From: Anaerohalosphaeraceae bacterium
GTDB taxonomy: Bacteria > Planctomycetota > Phycisphaerae > Sedimentisphaerales > Anaerohalosphaeraceae
Assembly: GCA_050309605.1 (NCBI GenBank)
Contig: JBNRMN010000020.1
Span: 64,001-128,000, forward strand
Direction: 5' to 3'
Length of the DNA stretch: 64,000 nucleotides
Of the stretch, positions 1-12,600 are shown one piece after another; positions within the stretch are counted from its first letter, which is position 1, and each line of letters begins with the position of its first letter. The notes under the pieces were generated by a model. It searched no databases, was not told the origin of the DNA, and saw only the letters and a list, made by a program, of their open reading frames with translations. A program made the position numbers and the translations under genes.

Positions 1-1840
1 CGATCTGCTGACGCTCCTGCATCTTGACATCGCGCAGGCGTTTCTCAGCTTCCAGCAGTTTCAGTTCGATTTCGCGTTTTTCTTCCAGAATGGCCTGGTT
101 GATCAATTCGCCTCGATTCTCACCTTCAAGCGATTGTATCCGCTCATTCAACTGCCGTTCAAACTCCCGAATCTGAGCGCGAATGCGTTCTTCTTCTTCG
201 GCGGTATTGTCCCGAGCACGCGACTCAATCTCATCGACGCGCGTAAAGGGGCGTTTGAAGTTACCGCGTGAACGGATGGAAATCAGATGAGCGGACCCGG
301 CCAAATCCTCGAGCGCATTGAGCACCACGGCGCTGTTGTCACCAACGGTTGATAATCCGAATATCGTACGCTGATAGGCCGCGACGTCGCTGATAAAATC
401 CACATCCGCCACGACGATCACCGCCCCCGGTTCCTGAGCCTCCGTCAGGCCGGTAATTCGCCGTATCGTCGGCCCGGCGGCATCCGGGTCCTCGTCATCC
501 TCGTCATCCAATTCCGCCTCAACCTCAATCCCTTCGGGAAACGCACTTGTGAAATGCCCGGTTACCAGATACGCCATAACCACCGGCTCCGAGCCATCCC
601 TGAACCGCCGCAAAAATTCAGCATAGTCCGGCGCCAGCAGCTCATACGGCGTATTGACGCGCCAACTGTTGCCTCGGTCGGTGGTCCTCATCAAGGGGGT
701 GTACTCCAGATCAGCGGCGGTTTCTGACTCCGTACGGACTTTCAAAACGCCGGGAAACATCATCGTCACTTCGTTCAAGTTGGCGCTGATGACGTGATCC
801 GGGTTAAAGCATCCCCTGGTGCGGTCCAGCTTGAGAATACCGAGTACTTTTTCGGGTCGGCGGTTCGGCGCCGTGCTTCCCTCAACCGCCAGCTCGCGGT
901 CGCCGGCAAAGGTATAATCGGGCATCTCCAGTCCCCACGCCGCCAGCAGTTCGGGCACGTTGGAGGCGGTGGATCGCTCCGTTCCTTCCAGACGACTCAT
1001 CGGGTCGGGCATATCGATCACACAATGCGGATCGACCAGCACAATCGCACGTCCGCCGCCCAGCACAAACTGATCAATTGCAAAGCGCGTTCGTTCGCCG
1101 ATGTCTTTGGGGTGAATGACCAGAAGCAAATCGACATCATCAATGCGATCCGTATCGGTCGGAACAGAGACAATCTCGTATTTTTGTTCGAGTTGACTGA
1201 TGACGCCCCATTTTTGCTTGGGCTGCTGACCCTGCATCCGCATCATCTGTGCCATATAGCCCGTATCACCCATCACCGGCAGGGCGCTGAGCACGCCGAG
1301 CCGTTTTTTCTGCCGCGTCACCGCAGTATCAATCAAATAACTGATGTCGTACTCCACAAACTGCTGCCGATCCGGCGAAAAGAACTCGATGGTGCGCGTC
1401 GCGCCGAATTCGGTCTGCACCACCAGACCAAAAAAGAAGCTCTCTTCCTCGGTAATTTGAAATCGGCGCAGGCCGTGGCGAATCGCCTGCATTTCTTCAT
1501 CACTGTAAGGCCGCGGATCAATGACTTCCAGTTTGAGTTTGCCGTCCGAATGGGCGACATATTCTTCCAGCAGGGCCTTGACGAATTCATAATAATTGTT
1601 GTAGAAGCGGATTTGATCCGGCGCTTTCATGGCCGCGGTCTTGGTGTAAAACAGCCGGACGGTAATCGGCTGCCGCAGCCCGGCCAGAATCGCTTTTGTT
1701 CCGTCCGAAAGCGTATAAATCCGCTGGTCGGTAATGTCCAGCCGCCATGACCGTCCGATGCTCCGGGTGATGGAAACGGCCGAGACGGCAATCACTGCAA
1801 TAAAAAAGATCGCCAGCCAGGTACGCAACGTTCGGTTCAT
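1..1840 (-). CDS. GldG-like ABC transporter auxiliary/substrate-binding protein (partial, runs off left edge)
   Basis: Absent from the ORF track because it is truncated. ATG at 1840 overlaps the upstream TGA. Manual translation MNRTLRTWLAAIFFIAVIAV...RLDITDQRIYTLSDGTKAIL...EVIDPRPYSDEE...FFFGLVV...VEYDISYLI matches the GldG pattern; follows GldA/GldF-like genes. Confidence 0.85.
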   Translation of the reverse strand, partial: MNRTLRTWLAIFFIAVIAVSAVSITRSIGRSWRLDITDQRIYTLSDGTKAILAGLRQPITVRLFYTKTAAMKAPDQIRFYNNYYEFVKALLEEYVAHSDGKLKLEVIDPRPYSDEEMQAIRHGLRRFQITEEESFFFGLVVQTEFGATRTIEFFSPDRQQFVEYDISYLIDTAVTRQKKRLGVLSALPVMGDTGYMAQMMRMQGQQPKQKWGVISQLEQKYEIVSVPTDTDRIDDVDLLLVIHPKDIGERTRFAIDQFVLGGGRAIVLVDPHCVIDMPDPMSRLEGTERSTASNVPELLAAWGLEMPDYTFAGDRELAVEGSTAPNRRPEKVLGILKLDRTRGCFNPDHVISANLNEVTMMFPGVLKVRTESETAADLEYTPLMRTTDRGNSWRVNTPYELLAPDYAEFLRRFRDGSEPVVMAYLVTGHFTSAFPEGIEVEAELDDEDDEDPDAAGPTIRRITGLTEAQEPGAVIVVADVDFISDVAAYQRTIFGLSTVGDNSAVVLNALEDLAGSAHLISIRSRGNFKRPFTRVDEIESRARDNTAEEEERIRAQIREFERQLNERIQSLEGENRGELINQAILEEKREIELKLLEAEKRLRDVKMQERQQI

Positions 1841-2571
1841 CAGTTTGCCTTCCTTTCCTCAAGGATCAATATACAGGCGCTGACCCACGCCGAAATCACT
1901 ATGATAAAATACGCCATATCCTTAAACTCGACCACGCCGCGTGAAATAGACTCAAAATGCGTCTGCAAACTCAGACTTTCAACAACATTGACCATCGCCG
2001 GCGAGATCGTCAACGCCAGATAATCCAGTGTCGTCGGATTGCCCGCAAAGACAAAAATCGCACAGGCCACTACGGATAAAATAAAGCTGATGACCTGATT
2101 TTTGGTCAACGCCGAAAAAAACATCCCGATGGCCAAAAAACCGCCGGCCAGCAGCAGCGCTCCGATATAGCCGGTGACAATCTGACCAACGTCCGGCTGT
2201 CCCAGATAGACCACCGTCATCGGCAGCGGAAACGTCAGCAGCAGCGCAATGGCCAGAAAGCACCACGCCGCAAAGAACTTGCCCAGCACCGCCTGACAGA
2301 CGGTAATCGGCAGCGTCAGCAGCAGTTCAATCGAGCCGGTCTTGCGCTCCTCGGCCCACAGCCGCATCGCCGTGGAGGGCACCATAAACACAAACAGCAG
2401 CGGCAGTGCGTTGAAAAACAATCGCAAATCCGCCTGCCGCATCTCAAAAAATCCGTCGCGAAACGGAAGATAACCGGAAAAGAACAAAAAGATCACGAGG
2501 AATACATACGCCACCGGCGTGGTAAAGTACCCTTTCAGTTCACGTTTGAATACTGCCCAAAAGCCGCTCAT
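1840..2571 (-). CDS. ABC-2 type permease, GldF-like
   Basis: KRELKGYFTTPVAYV, MRLWAEERKTGSIELLLTLP, VLGKFFA; about 6 hydrophobic segments. Confidence 0.9.
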   Translation of the reverse strand: MSGFWAVFKRELKGYFTTPVAYVFLVIFLFFSGYLPFRDGFFEMRQADLRLFFNALPLLFVFMVPSTAMRLWAEERKTGSIELLLTLPITVCQAVLGKFFAAWCFLAIALLLTFPLPMTVVYLGQPDVGQIVTGYIGALLLAGGFLAIGMFFSALTKNQVISFILSVVACAIFVFAGNPTTLDYLALTISPAMVNVVESLSLQTHFESISRGVVEFKDMAYFIIVISAWVSACILILEERKAN

Positions 2572-2592
2572 TCGTTGGACTCCTTATCCTGC

Positions 2593-3315
2593 TTACGCGG
2601 ATTTTTTGGTTGTTGTGATTTTACGAAAGACCTCGGTCAGGCTGCATTGGTATTTTTCGGTTAGTTCTTTCGGGGTTGAATCGGCCAGGATACGGCCGCG
2701 GGCAACGATAATCGCCCGATTGCAGACCTGCTCGACCTCTTCGAGAATATGCGTCGAAATGATGATGCACTTGTCTTTTGCCATGGCGCTGATCAATCGG
2801 CGGACTTCGTGCTTTTGGTTGGGATCCAGACCGTCGGTCGGCTCATCCAGAATCAGCACCGGCGGATCGTGAATCAGCGCCTGGGCCAGACCGACGCGCC
2901 GACGGTACCCCTTCGACAGCGTGTCAATCGTTTGATGATACACCGATTCGATGGCACAAAGCGACACGACCCGATCCAGCGCACTGCGCCGGTCGGAGCG
3001 GACAATGCGTCGCGCATCGCAGACAAAATGGAGAAAACCCGCCACGGTCATTTCATTGTAAGCCGGGGCGTTCTCGGCCAGATAACCCAACGACTGCCGG
3101 ACGCCGATGGGGTCCGATAAAATATCGTGGCCGCAAATGCTTGCCGTTCCATCGTCCGGCCTGAGAAAACAGGCCAGCATCTTCATCGCCGTGCTTTTGC
3201 CCGCGCCATTGGGACCTAAAAAACCCACCACCTCGCCTTTTGCGGCGCTGAAAGAAATCCCGTCCACGGCAATGATCGGGCCGAAACTGCGTCGTAACTG
3301 CTGCACCTCAATCAT
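2593..3315 (-). CDS. ABC transporter ATP-binding protein, GldA-like
   Basis: Walker A GPNGAGKST, signature LSKGYRRRV, Walker B LILDEPT, H-loop STH. Start moved to ATG 3315, preceded by GGAG. Confidence 0.92.
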   Translation of the reverse strand: MIEVQQLRRSFGPIIAVDGISFSAAKGEVVGFLGPNGAGKSTAMKMLACFLRPDDGTASICGHDILSDPIGVRQSLGYLAENAPAYNEMTVAGFLHFVCDARRIVRSDRRSALDRVVSLCAIESVYHQTIDTLSKGYRRRVGLAQALIHDPPVLILDEPTDGLDPNQKHEVRRLISAMAKDKCIIISTHILEEVEQVCNRAIIVARGRILADSTPKELTEKYQCSLTEVFRKITTTKKSA

Positions 3316-3558
3316 GGTCGTCTCCAAAATGATTTAATTGTATGCGACACGGGCTTGACGTCTCCTCGACAGGCCAGGACGGCCCATGCCACAAAAGCAA
3401 ATTGTTATGCCGTTGAATTATGGCGCTAAGCCAATAAAAACGCTGAAAAGTGTACGTTTTTACGGCCTGAACGCTGCATTTGTTCATCTGTTTTAATGAC
3501 TTTTTCCCCGGTGTCAAGCCCCCCGGCACAAAAAAACGTCGAAATCCCCCCCGTCTTC

Positions 3559-3593
3559 AAAAAAGGCCGCCGTCCTGTGCAGGACGACGGCCT
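3559..3593 (-). terminator. Intrinsic terminator of the giant protease gene
   Basis: Minus strand AGGCCGTCGTCCTG..CAGGACGGCGGCCT followed by a T-run, ~30 bp after the stop. Confidence 0.75.
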
Positions 3594-3625
3594 CGAACAA
3601 TCACACCGTCTGATACACCAGCCCA

Positions 3626-6600
3626 TTAGGGCAGTGTGTTCGTAACCCGCTTCCTGGGTGAGGGCGTACCGAGATTCTGTGCCGGCGAGCGGTCGCGGTA
3701 CTGCACCGTCCACCAGTAGAACAGATTGCTGGTGGTCACCGGCTGCCAGTATTGATGCGGCAGACCCGCCTGCGGCGTCCCGTCCGGGAACGGCGGCAGA
3801 TTCGCTACATTGTCCACATTGCGCCAGCCGCTGTCATAGACCACCGTACCGCTGGTTTCCGACTGATAGGCCCGGAACCGATACTCCACGCCGCTGTCAT
3901 CCTCGGCCTCGACCGCCACCATCACCTGGTAGAAGTTGCCGGTGACGCTTTGCTGGAACGGCGAGAGTTCCGTAAATGCAGCCGGATCCGGCGTCGGTGG
4001 AGTCACGTCCACTTCAGCCAAAACAACCGCCGCAGGCTCTGACCAATCGCCGGCCGTGATTTCGGCGCCCGTATCCAGGTTCACCAGCACCATTCGAACC
4101 TGATACGTATAGATAAGCCCCAGCGTCGTCGGACTCAGGTTTTGCCGTGTCTGCATCCGGTTCAGCGATTCAAATCCGGAGACTGTCGGCGTCGGCGTCG
4201 TGCTGATCGTCTCAGCGAACTGATAGCGTATCGCAAACCCGGACGGCAGTGAAGCAACGCCTGGGAACGAACTGTACGCCCTGGCAGTCATCGAAATCGC
4301 CAACGGCCCGGAAACCAACGGCAGCACCTCGAACTCGGCCTGCGGGATTTCCGTGTTGGACCCCGGCGTGACGATGCCGCGATCCATCGCCGGATTGACA
4401 ACAGAAAATGCGGTTTCATTTCCGCTGCCGTCGCGGGCGCGCGTCCTGAACGCATAGGTAAAGCCCGGAGTCAAGCCGGCTACCTGGTAGAACGGATCGG
4501 ACTGCCACCCGCTGCTGAACTGCGGGAAATCCACACACTCAAATTCAAACTCAAGGTACTCATCCGGCCACCAGTTGTCATGGGTCTCGGCAATCATCAT
4601 ATTGACCGTATCAAATGTTCCCGGTACGGCATTCGGCTCGATGACCCACAGCGACGGATTCGGCCGCGGCGCTTCTTTATCTTCTTCCAGCCAACAGGTC
4701 GTGAAACTAAGCAAATCCTCGATATCAACTCGACGATCAAAGTTCAGATCACCACCGCTGCACCAGTCGTTGCCTTCGCCGCAGGGGTCGTACTGCTCAT
4801 GGTACAACCAGGCTGAAGCAAACTCTGCAAAATCGGCCAGATCAATTCGCCCGCTTAAGACCAGATCGGCAAAGCTGCACGGAGCTTTGGATATAATGCG
4901 GTAATGATAGCCCATATCCACCTCGCCGCGATCACGCGCGCCAAAGATATTGGTCGTAAACTCGTTGAGTCCCCAGTACGCGGCGGTTTCATAACCGGCG
5001 TCAATAGCGGGACTTCCAATATCCAGATAGTATCGACGATAGACGTCCTGCGGCTCAATATCCAGCGGCTCAGTAAACAGCGGATTATGAATTGCAGGAT
5101 CGGCGCCGAGCATACCATCGCCAACGGTATAGATGCTGTCGCCGGCAACGGATATCGCCGCGGCACTGCCGAAGGCCTGGACATTCGACCAGGAAATAGT
5201 CAGCGTCGAGGGACGCGGATCCTGTTCGAAGCCGGCCCCCACCCGAATCTGATCGCCGCGGCCCTGCTCAGCCTTATTGCCCCAGAAGATACTGTTGATC
5301 ACATCCACAGCGGCGCCGTGTCCGGTATAAAGACCGCCGCCGCGAAGCGTAAAGCCCAGCGCGCCATGGTCTTTGTTGTCGGCAAAAGTACAATTACCGA
5401 AAGAGGCAACACTTTCCCAGTTGACCGACGCCCCGGCGCCGTCGCGTCCGGCCAGATTTTCTGCAAACAGGCAGTTAAACAGGTTGGCCGGTTCATCGAG
5501 GATGCCGCCAATATACACGCCGCCGCCCGAGACAACCGCCAAATTTCGGAAGAACGCCGAATGGCTGACGTCCAGCACGCCGCCGGCCGCAAACAAGCCG
5601 CCGCCCTGACCGAGCATCGAATCGGATGCAATCGGCGTCGGCGGAACGTCCTGATCATCATCATCGTCATCGTCGTCGTCATCCGGAGGGGTAATCTCAA
5701 TCGTCGGCGTCTTGGCCTTGTTGTTATGCAACAGCGTGTGGGTCAGTGACGCTGAGCCATAATCGAAATACAACCCGCCGCCGAGATAGGCTTCGTTATC
5801 AAAGGCGTTGCAGTCGGCAATCTCAATCAGTGAATCGCGGCCATAGACCGCACCGCCGACCGCAGCCCGGTTGCCTTCGAGAATCGTATTCTTGAAGACG
5901 ACTTCACAGTCGAACTCATAGGCTACCGCACCGCCGAAACTGACTTCCAAAGCCAGCGGAAGGTCCACAACACTCGTATCGGCCAGATTGTCCACGAAGA
6001 TACAGTCATCAAAGATCAGCTTTGACTCATAGGCTGCATAGACCGCACCGCCGGCATTGGGCAGATTCAGCTGCCGGTCCGGAGTGGGTAAATCGCCGTT
6101 TCCGGATCGACCGCCTATGCCGGACAAACCGCCCTGCGTCTGGTTGCCTTCAAATGTGCATCCGACAAAGGTCGCCTCGGACAGATAACCGACATAGACC
6201 GCACCGCCGAACGCGCTGTATTTCCAATAATCTTCATAGCCGTCAATCTTCGGATCCGTCGTGCCGGCCTGTTGGAACTGGGTCGAGGCGAAGAACTCCT
6301 GCCAACTGTTCCACTGATCCCAGCCAAACCATTTGGACCAAACAGACCAGTCATAACTGCCAAAGAACGCTCCGTAAAAGGCGTATTTATCGCCCAGTTC
6401 CCAGCCGTCCCACCACCACCAGTAGTTTTCCCGATCATTTTCGATAGAGTCGGGGAACAGGAAAGCGCCGCCGCGTCCGCCCCTATAAGAGGTGTTGGCA
6501 ACGACAATACCGTCACCCCCATTTCCGGCGACGCCGCCAATGGCCTGGTTACCGGTGAAGGTGCAGTTTTCAAAGACGGGCTTACTGCTGAAAGCGACAT

Positions 6601-9600
6601 AGACAGCACCGCCGTAGGCGCGACCCGGCCAGCCGCCGTCGCCGCCTTCCGGGTGGGCGTTACAACCGCCGGCCCCGTTTTGTCCGTCGCCGCCGGTAAT
6701 CACGTTGTCTTCGAATTGGCAATTGACAAAATAGGGAGAAGACTCAATAACGACAACCGCTGAGCCTGAGACGTTACCGCCGTTTGCCCCATCCATCGCA
6801 TCGGGACACCCCAGCTGTCTATCGCCGGACCAGCCCGATATGAGGTTTTCACTGAAGATGACATTCCGCAAAACGGGATTTCCATTATAGATTGTCACGG
6901 CTCCAAATCCGCCCCCAAACCCGGCTTGACCGATATTTGAACCGTGTCGGTTTGTAATGGTAATCCCTTCAATAACGGTTTTTTCGGTAACATTGAACAG
7001 ATTAAATGCGTATTGACTGAAGACGGTGTTGCGCACCGTGTCTTCATCATCCGGTTTGATGCCCGAAATGCGCAGGTCTTTTCCATCCAGATTGATTTCA
7101 CGCAATGCTCCGATAAACGCTCCTTCACCCGGCGTGCTGACCGGCGCATTATAGACCCCCGGATTAACAATAATTGTATCACCGTCCTGAGCCAGATCAA
7201 TCGCGTCCTGCAGGCTCGGCAAACCGCTCGCAAGACCGACAAAATAAGTCTGGCGCCGGCGGGCATGCACGGTTATGTCTTTGTCGCGGGTCATAATGAC
7301 CTTGTTGGCCATCGCAGCGGACTGATCGTTTACCGTTCCGCCTGACCAGCCGGTAATAACATACTCGGAATAGGGCATGGCCGTCATCTCAACAATCTGG
7401 CCATAATAGTATGTCCCCGGCGAATCCCCTTCCGGCGACAGCGCAACCGTTCCGCGGATGTTGCCCGAATCATCCAAGACAGCCACCGACAGCGAAAATT
7501 GGCGATCCATATCCGCCGGATTATAGTGATACCCCAGATCAACATTTCCTGTATCAAAAATCACCGGAAAAGCGGGGTTGGTTGTGTATTGATTCAATTC
7601 AGCCAAAACCGCCGATATATTGCCGGCATTGACCGCCGGACTGGTCGGATCCAGATAGTACGCTCCCAGCGGGCCTTCGACCAACATCGGATTGGCGCTG
7701 ACAGCGCCGCTGACACCCGCAACGCTGTTAAGCTGAGCTGCGCCGGTGTAGATGATTTCGGTTTGAGCGTCATACAGGTCGCCGCCGGTGTTGCCGTAGA
7801 ACAGGCTCGCTGTTATCGTTGCGTCGCCGGTATGACCGCCGGACGACTGGGCCTGCTCATAAATCCCGATCGGGCTGTTGCCGGCGATGATGGAATTCTC
7901 GGTCTGTGCCTTTGAAGACCAGTCGATGAACAGACCGCCGCCGAGTTTCTCGGCGGTATTGTCGGCAATCGTACAGTTGCTGAACCATGGATTGGCGTAA
8001 GTCATCACCTTCACGCCGCCGCCATTGCCTTCGGTAGTATTTTCAGCAATCAGGCAATTGTGCAGACTGTGCGTAATGAAATCATCCACGCCGCCGTTGA
8101 TGCACAACCCGCCGCCGGACGCACTGGCGCCTTTGGCGGCGTTATTCAGGATTCGCGTATCGGCCATCCAGGTCTTGGTATCGACCAGGTACAGACCGCC
8201 GCCGACGCCTTCATCCAACGGGGTCAGATGATCAGAACCCTCGCCGACCGGAATTGAGAACACAATGCCGCTGCCCAAATCAACGACCATTTCAAACGTA
8301 GGCCGCAGGCCGGTCGCTTCATTGGCCACAAAGAGACCGGAATCCAACTCCAGCTCACTTTCCACCACAAGCATACCGCCGCCGCTGGGCGCCTTGTTGC
8401 CGACAAACTGCGTGTCCTGCATTGTCAAGATGTTATTCTTGGCGTAAATGGCGCCGCCCAGCTCATCCGAACGGTTATACGTAAACTCCGTATCGTACAG
8501 ATTCACCAGCAGCGTATCGGTGTTCGGGTCGGGAATATGATGATACGCAAACAGCGCTCCGCCTCGCAGAATCGCATCGTTGGCGGCAAACGAACTGTTC
8601 CCGATGGTTATATCACTCTTGGTCTGAATCGCGCCGCCGGAGCCTTCGCTCAGATTGCCGATAAATTCACACTCGGTGATAACCGGCGCTTGGGCCGCAT
8701 CAGCCTCCACCGTAATGGCGCCGGCCGGTGGATCGTCTGGCTCGGTCAGACCGGGGATGTAATACTGCTCCAAATTCACGATGCTTTCTATGCCCAATTC
8801 GGGATCATAGGTTGCATTCTTCTCGAAGCGGCTTCGAGCGATCGTCAGAGCGGAACCCGTATCAGCATACACGGCGCCGCCCAGATTGCCCTCAAATTTG
8901 CAATTGTCAATCGCCAGCGTCACGTTCGGATCGGCATAGATCGCACCGCCCCGGGTAAAGTCATACGCTTCGCCTTCAATCGTATCATAGGTCAACACGA
9001 GATTGCTTGCGATTGACATATAAGCGCTGTTGTTCTCAAAAACGGTATTCTTGAGATCCGCCTCTTTGGGAACATCGGGCTGTTCAGGTCTTTTGTAGCC
9101 CTGGCCGTAGAACACCGCCCCGCCGGCCACGGTCCCTTCGCTGGTCAAAAATCCCGCTGCGCCGTTACGCGCCTCGATCGGCCAGTTCTCTTCATGCCAC
9201 GGATCGGGATATTCATTGCCTCCGCGTGCCAAGCCGCCGCTGGAGACATAACCCAGCCGTGCAAAGTTGTTTTTGAACTCATTGTCGGTAACAAGCGGGT
9301 TACAGCCCTGTTCAATATAGATGGCGCCGCCGCGTCCGTCGCCGCGGCCGTTGCCGGCGTCGCCGCCCCAACTGTAACGTCCATTGCCCACAGCAAAACC
9401 GCCGTGGCCGGGGATACCGCCCCAACCGCCGGTGGCCCGGTTATTCTCGAAGACGCAATGCTGAATAACTGGATTGCTGCCCTCAATGACCGCGATGGCG
9501 CCGCCGTAGCCGTTACCGGCGCCGTCGCCGCCGTGACCGCCCGACTGACCGTCAATATCGCCCTCAAGGCCCTGCGTGTTCTGAGGGTAGCCGTCATTGC

Positions 9601-12600
9601 CGTCGCCGCCGATACCGCCGGCGACTGTACAGTTTTCAAACACGACATGCCGGATAATCGGCGAACTGCCGTTGGCAACCAGAATCGCACCGCCATAACC
9701 GTTGCCCACGGCATCCAGCCCCGACAGCGCACGCACAGGAGGCGGCGGCTCAATCGACGGATCCGGCGGCCAAATGCCGGTATCCAGCACCCCGCTCAGA
9801 CCGATCGCCCCGGCCCAGAAGGCATTGCGAATCGTAATGCCTTCAATCACGGTGTTTTCGTCTTCGCCGTTATTAAAGATAAACGCGCGCTTGCGATTGT
9901 ATCGATTGCCCTGAACATCGATGACCGTATTGGCCACAACATCGGGGTCCAGCGGATTGGTCGAGGTCAGTTTCAATTGCTTGCCGCCGAAGTTAATCCC
10001 TTCGGGATTGGTAATGGTATAGGGCTGTCCCGTCCGCGGCGCCAGCACAATCGTATCACCTGACCTCGCCGCCTGGACGGCATCCTCAATGCCCGTATAT
10101 GATTCGGGCACAAACAGCCGTTTGGCAATCGCCAACTCAAACTCGACCTGCACATTCCGCGGTCCGGACATCGTTACTCGATTGAGCAGCTCAAACGACC
10201 TGTCATCGTCGGTTCCCACCCATTTGCGAACGCGGTACTTCTCATCATCCGGCACCGCGATCAGCCGGACATGCACACCTTGTTTGATCTCGATATGACT
10301 CGGTTCGGTACCGTCTGTCTCAATGCTCTGAGGAACGCCGTCCCGACTGTATTCGGCAACCAATTTCCCAAAGGGATAATAATCAGCCACAATAACCGCT
10401 ATATCCAGTCGGAACGATGCCACCGGCACCGCAGCGTTATAATGATACCCCAAATCCACGGCGTCCGTATCCGGCTCGTGATCGGTTCGCGTGGTCACCG
10501 GGAAGCCAAGCAGCGTTTCAAGCTCAGTCGCACTGCCGAGACCGCTGTTGACAGACAGGCTGTCAGGCTCAAACTGACCGGCCGCGGTCTGGGACAGATA
10601 AAACGTCCGGGTGGTCGGATCGTCCGGATTGGGCTGTCTGGCCTGGATAAACATCGGATCGGCGTCCAGCAAACCGCCGGCATCAAAGACCCACGGATTC
10701 CCATAGGGTTCGCCCAGATAGACCCCTTCGACGCCCTCTTCGATGTTGGTATAAGACAGTTCAAGCGTACTGGGCAGATTGTAGGCCTTCAGCGGATCGC
10801 CGACAGCCGCCTGCGGCCCGAATACGGCCAGGTTGTCCCACAAAATGCTGTTTTCAACCAGCACATAACTGGAAAACAGCCCCTCCCATTCGTCCCATTC
10901 CTCGTCCCATTGGCCCGCGAAATGGTCATAACCGCAACTGATCGCACCACCGTGCCCCACATAATCAATGACGGTATTTTCCGTCAACGTGCAGAAGCGA
11001 AACGCCGGATCGCCGCCGTTCATCACCGCCACCGCACCACCGCTGAGGCCGGCCTCGTTTTCCACAAACAAGCAATTGGTAAAGGCCTGGACCGCATCGT
11101 CATCGCCCAAATCATAGGCGACATAATACCACGGTCCGAGAATAAAGGCCGCACCGCCGGCATGGTCGGCACTGTTGGCAACAAAAGTCGCATTCGTTAC
11201 ATTGGCCGAGGAGTTGCCGGCGTAAAAGGCACCGCCCAAAGCGCCGGGGTTGGGACTGTTAATAAGCTGTTCGGCGCTGTTTTGTACGAAATCACAATTT
11301 GTTATCTGGGCATTGGAATACCACCAATATGCCCCGCCGCCGAACTCGGCCCGGTTGGCGGTAAATTGACAATCTTCAATCGTCATATCCGCCTCCACCG
11401 CGGCCAGACCGCCGCCGTATTCAGCCATATTGCTGGTAAAGGATGTACGCAGAATATCCACCTTGGGATAGTTACCCCTGAACGTGTCTTCGACAGCTAT
11501 ATTAATAGCACCGCCGACACTACTCAGTCGAGTTGATGTGACAGCCGGTCCGGCCCGGTTGCCGGTAAAGACACTGTCAACAACCCTCAGCGGCCCCGGA
11601 ACAGCAAACATTTGATAAGTTGGTAAATAACTGATAGCGCCGCCGTCGCCCTCACCAATGGCTCTGTTGTACTGGAATGTACAGCGCAGGACATCAAACG
11701 AAGTGGTCGCATAAGCATGGATAGCACCACCGCTACCCCCACCCATACCATCGCCACGGCCTTCGCCGCCGGCCTGATTTCCTTCAAACAGCGTATCTTC
11801 AAACGTCATCGACGAACCGCTGAAGAACACACAGACAGCACCGCCGTGGTCGCCTTCAGACTGGTTATCCAGAAATGCACTATCCACCACAGTCAAGTTG
11901 ACATTATCGTAAAGGAATATCGCCCCGCCCATCGAACGGTTCAATCGCGTCGGGACAAGACCTCCGCCGGAAGGGCCATTGGCGCCGGACTGGCCGTTTT
12001 CGCCGGCCGCACCACCGGCACCACCAGCGCCGCCGGGGGCGCCGGGGCCGCCGGAGCCGCCATTGCCGCCGTTGCCGCCCACATTCGCCCCGGCGCCGCC
12101 GTTGCCGCCGGCACCGCCAGCGCCGACCGCGTTGCCGTCGCCGGCATTGCCGCCCATACCGCCGTTGCCGCCGTCGCCGCCATTGCCGCCGTTTTCACCG
12201 CCGTCGCCGCCGTTACCGCCAGCGCCGCCGTCATAGCTGAAGGACTCGACCAAATCGGAGGACAGATTATTTTCAAATCTGCACCCGGTAATGGAAATCC
12301 GGCAATTAAACTCCAGCACAATGGCGCCGCCGATAGCGCCGTCCATGGTAATTCCTTTTCCAAAACCATTCAGACCGCCGTCGCCGCCGTCACCGCCGCG
12401 ACCGCCGTCGCCGCCCTGACCATCAGGGCCATCTTCACCATCCGGAGCATCTCCGCCGCCGCTGCCCCCGGCGCCGCCGGCACCGCTGGCGCCGCCGTTA
12501 CCGCCGTTACCGCCGTTACCAGCCACATTCCCCAAGCCGGTGATGGCTGTGTTGCCGACAAAGACGCTGTCTTCCACTTCGGGCAGACACGAATTTTCAA

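Noticed and set aside
794..1750. 318-aa plus-strand ORF
   Set aside because: Antisense shadow of the GldG-like gene, which the ORF track misses because it is truncated.
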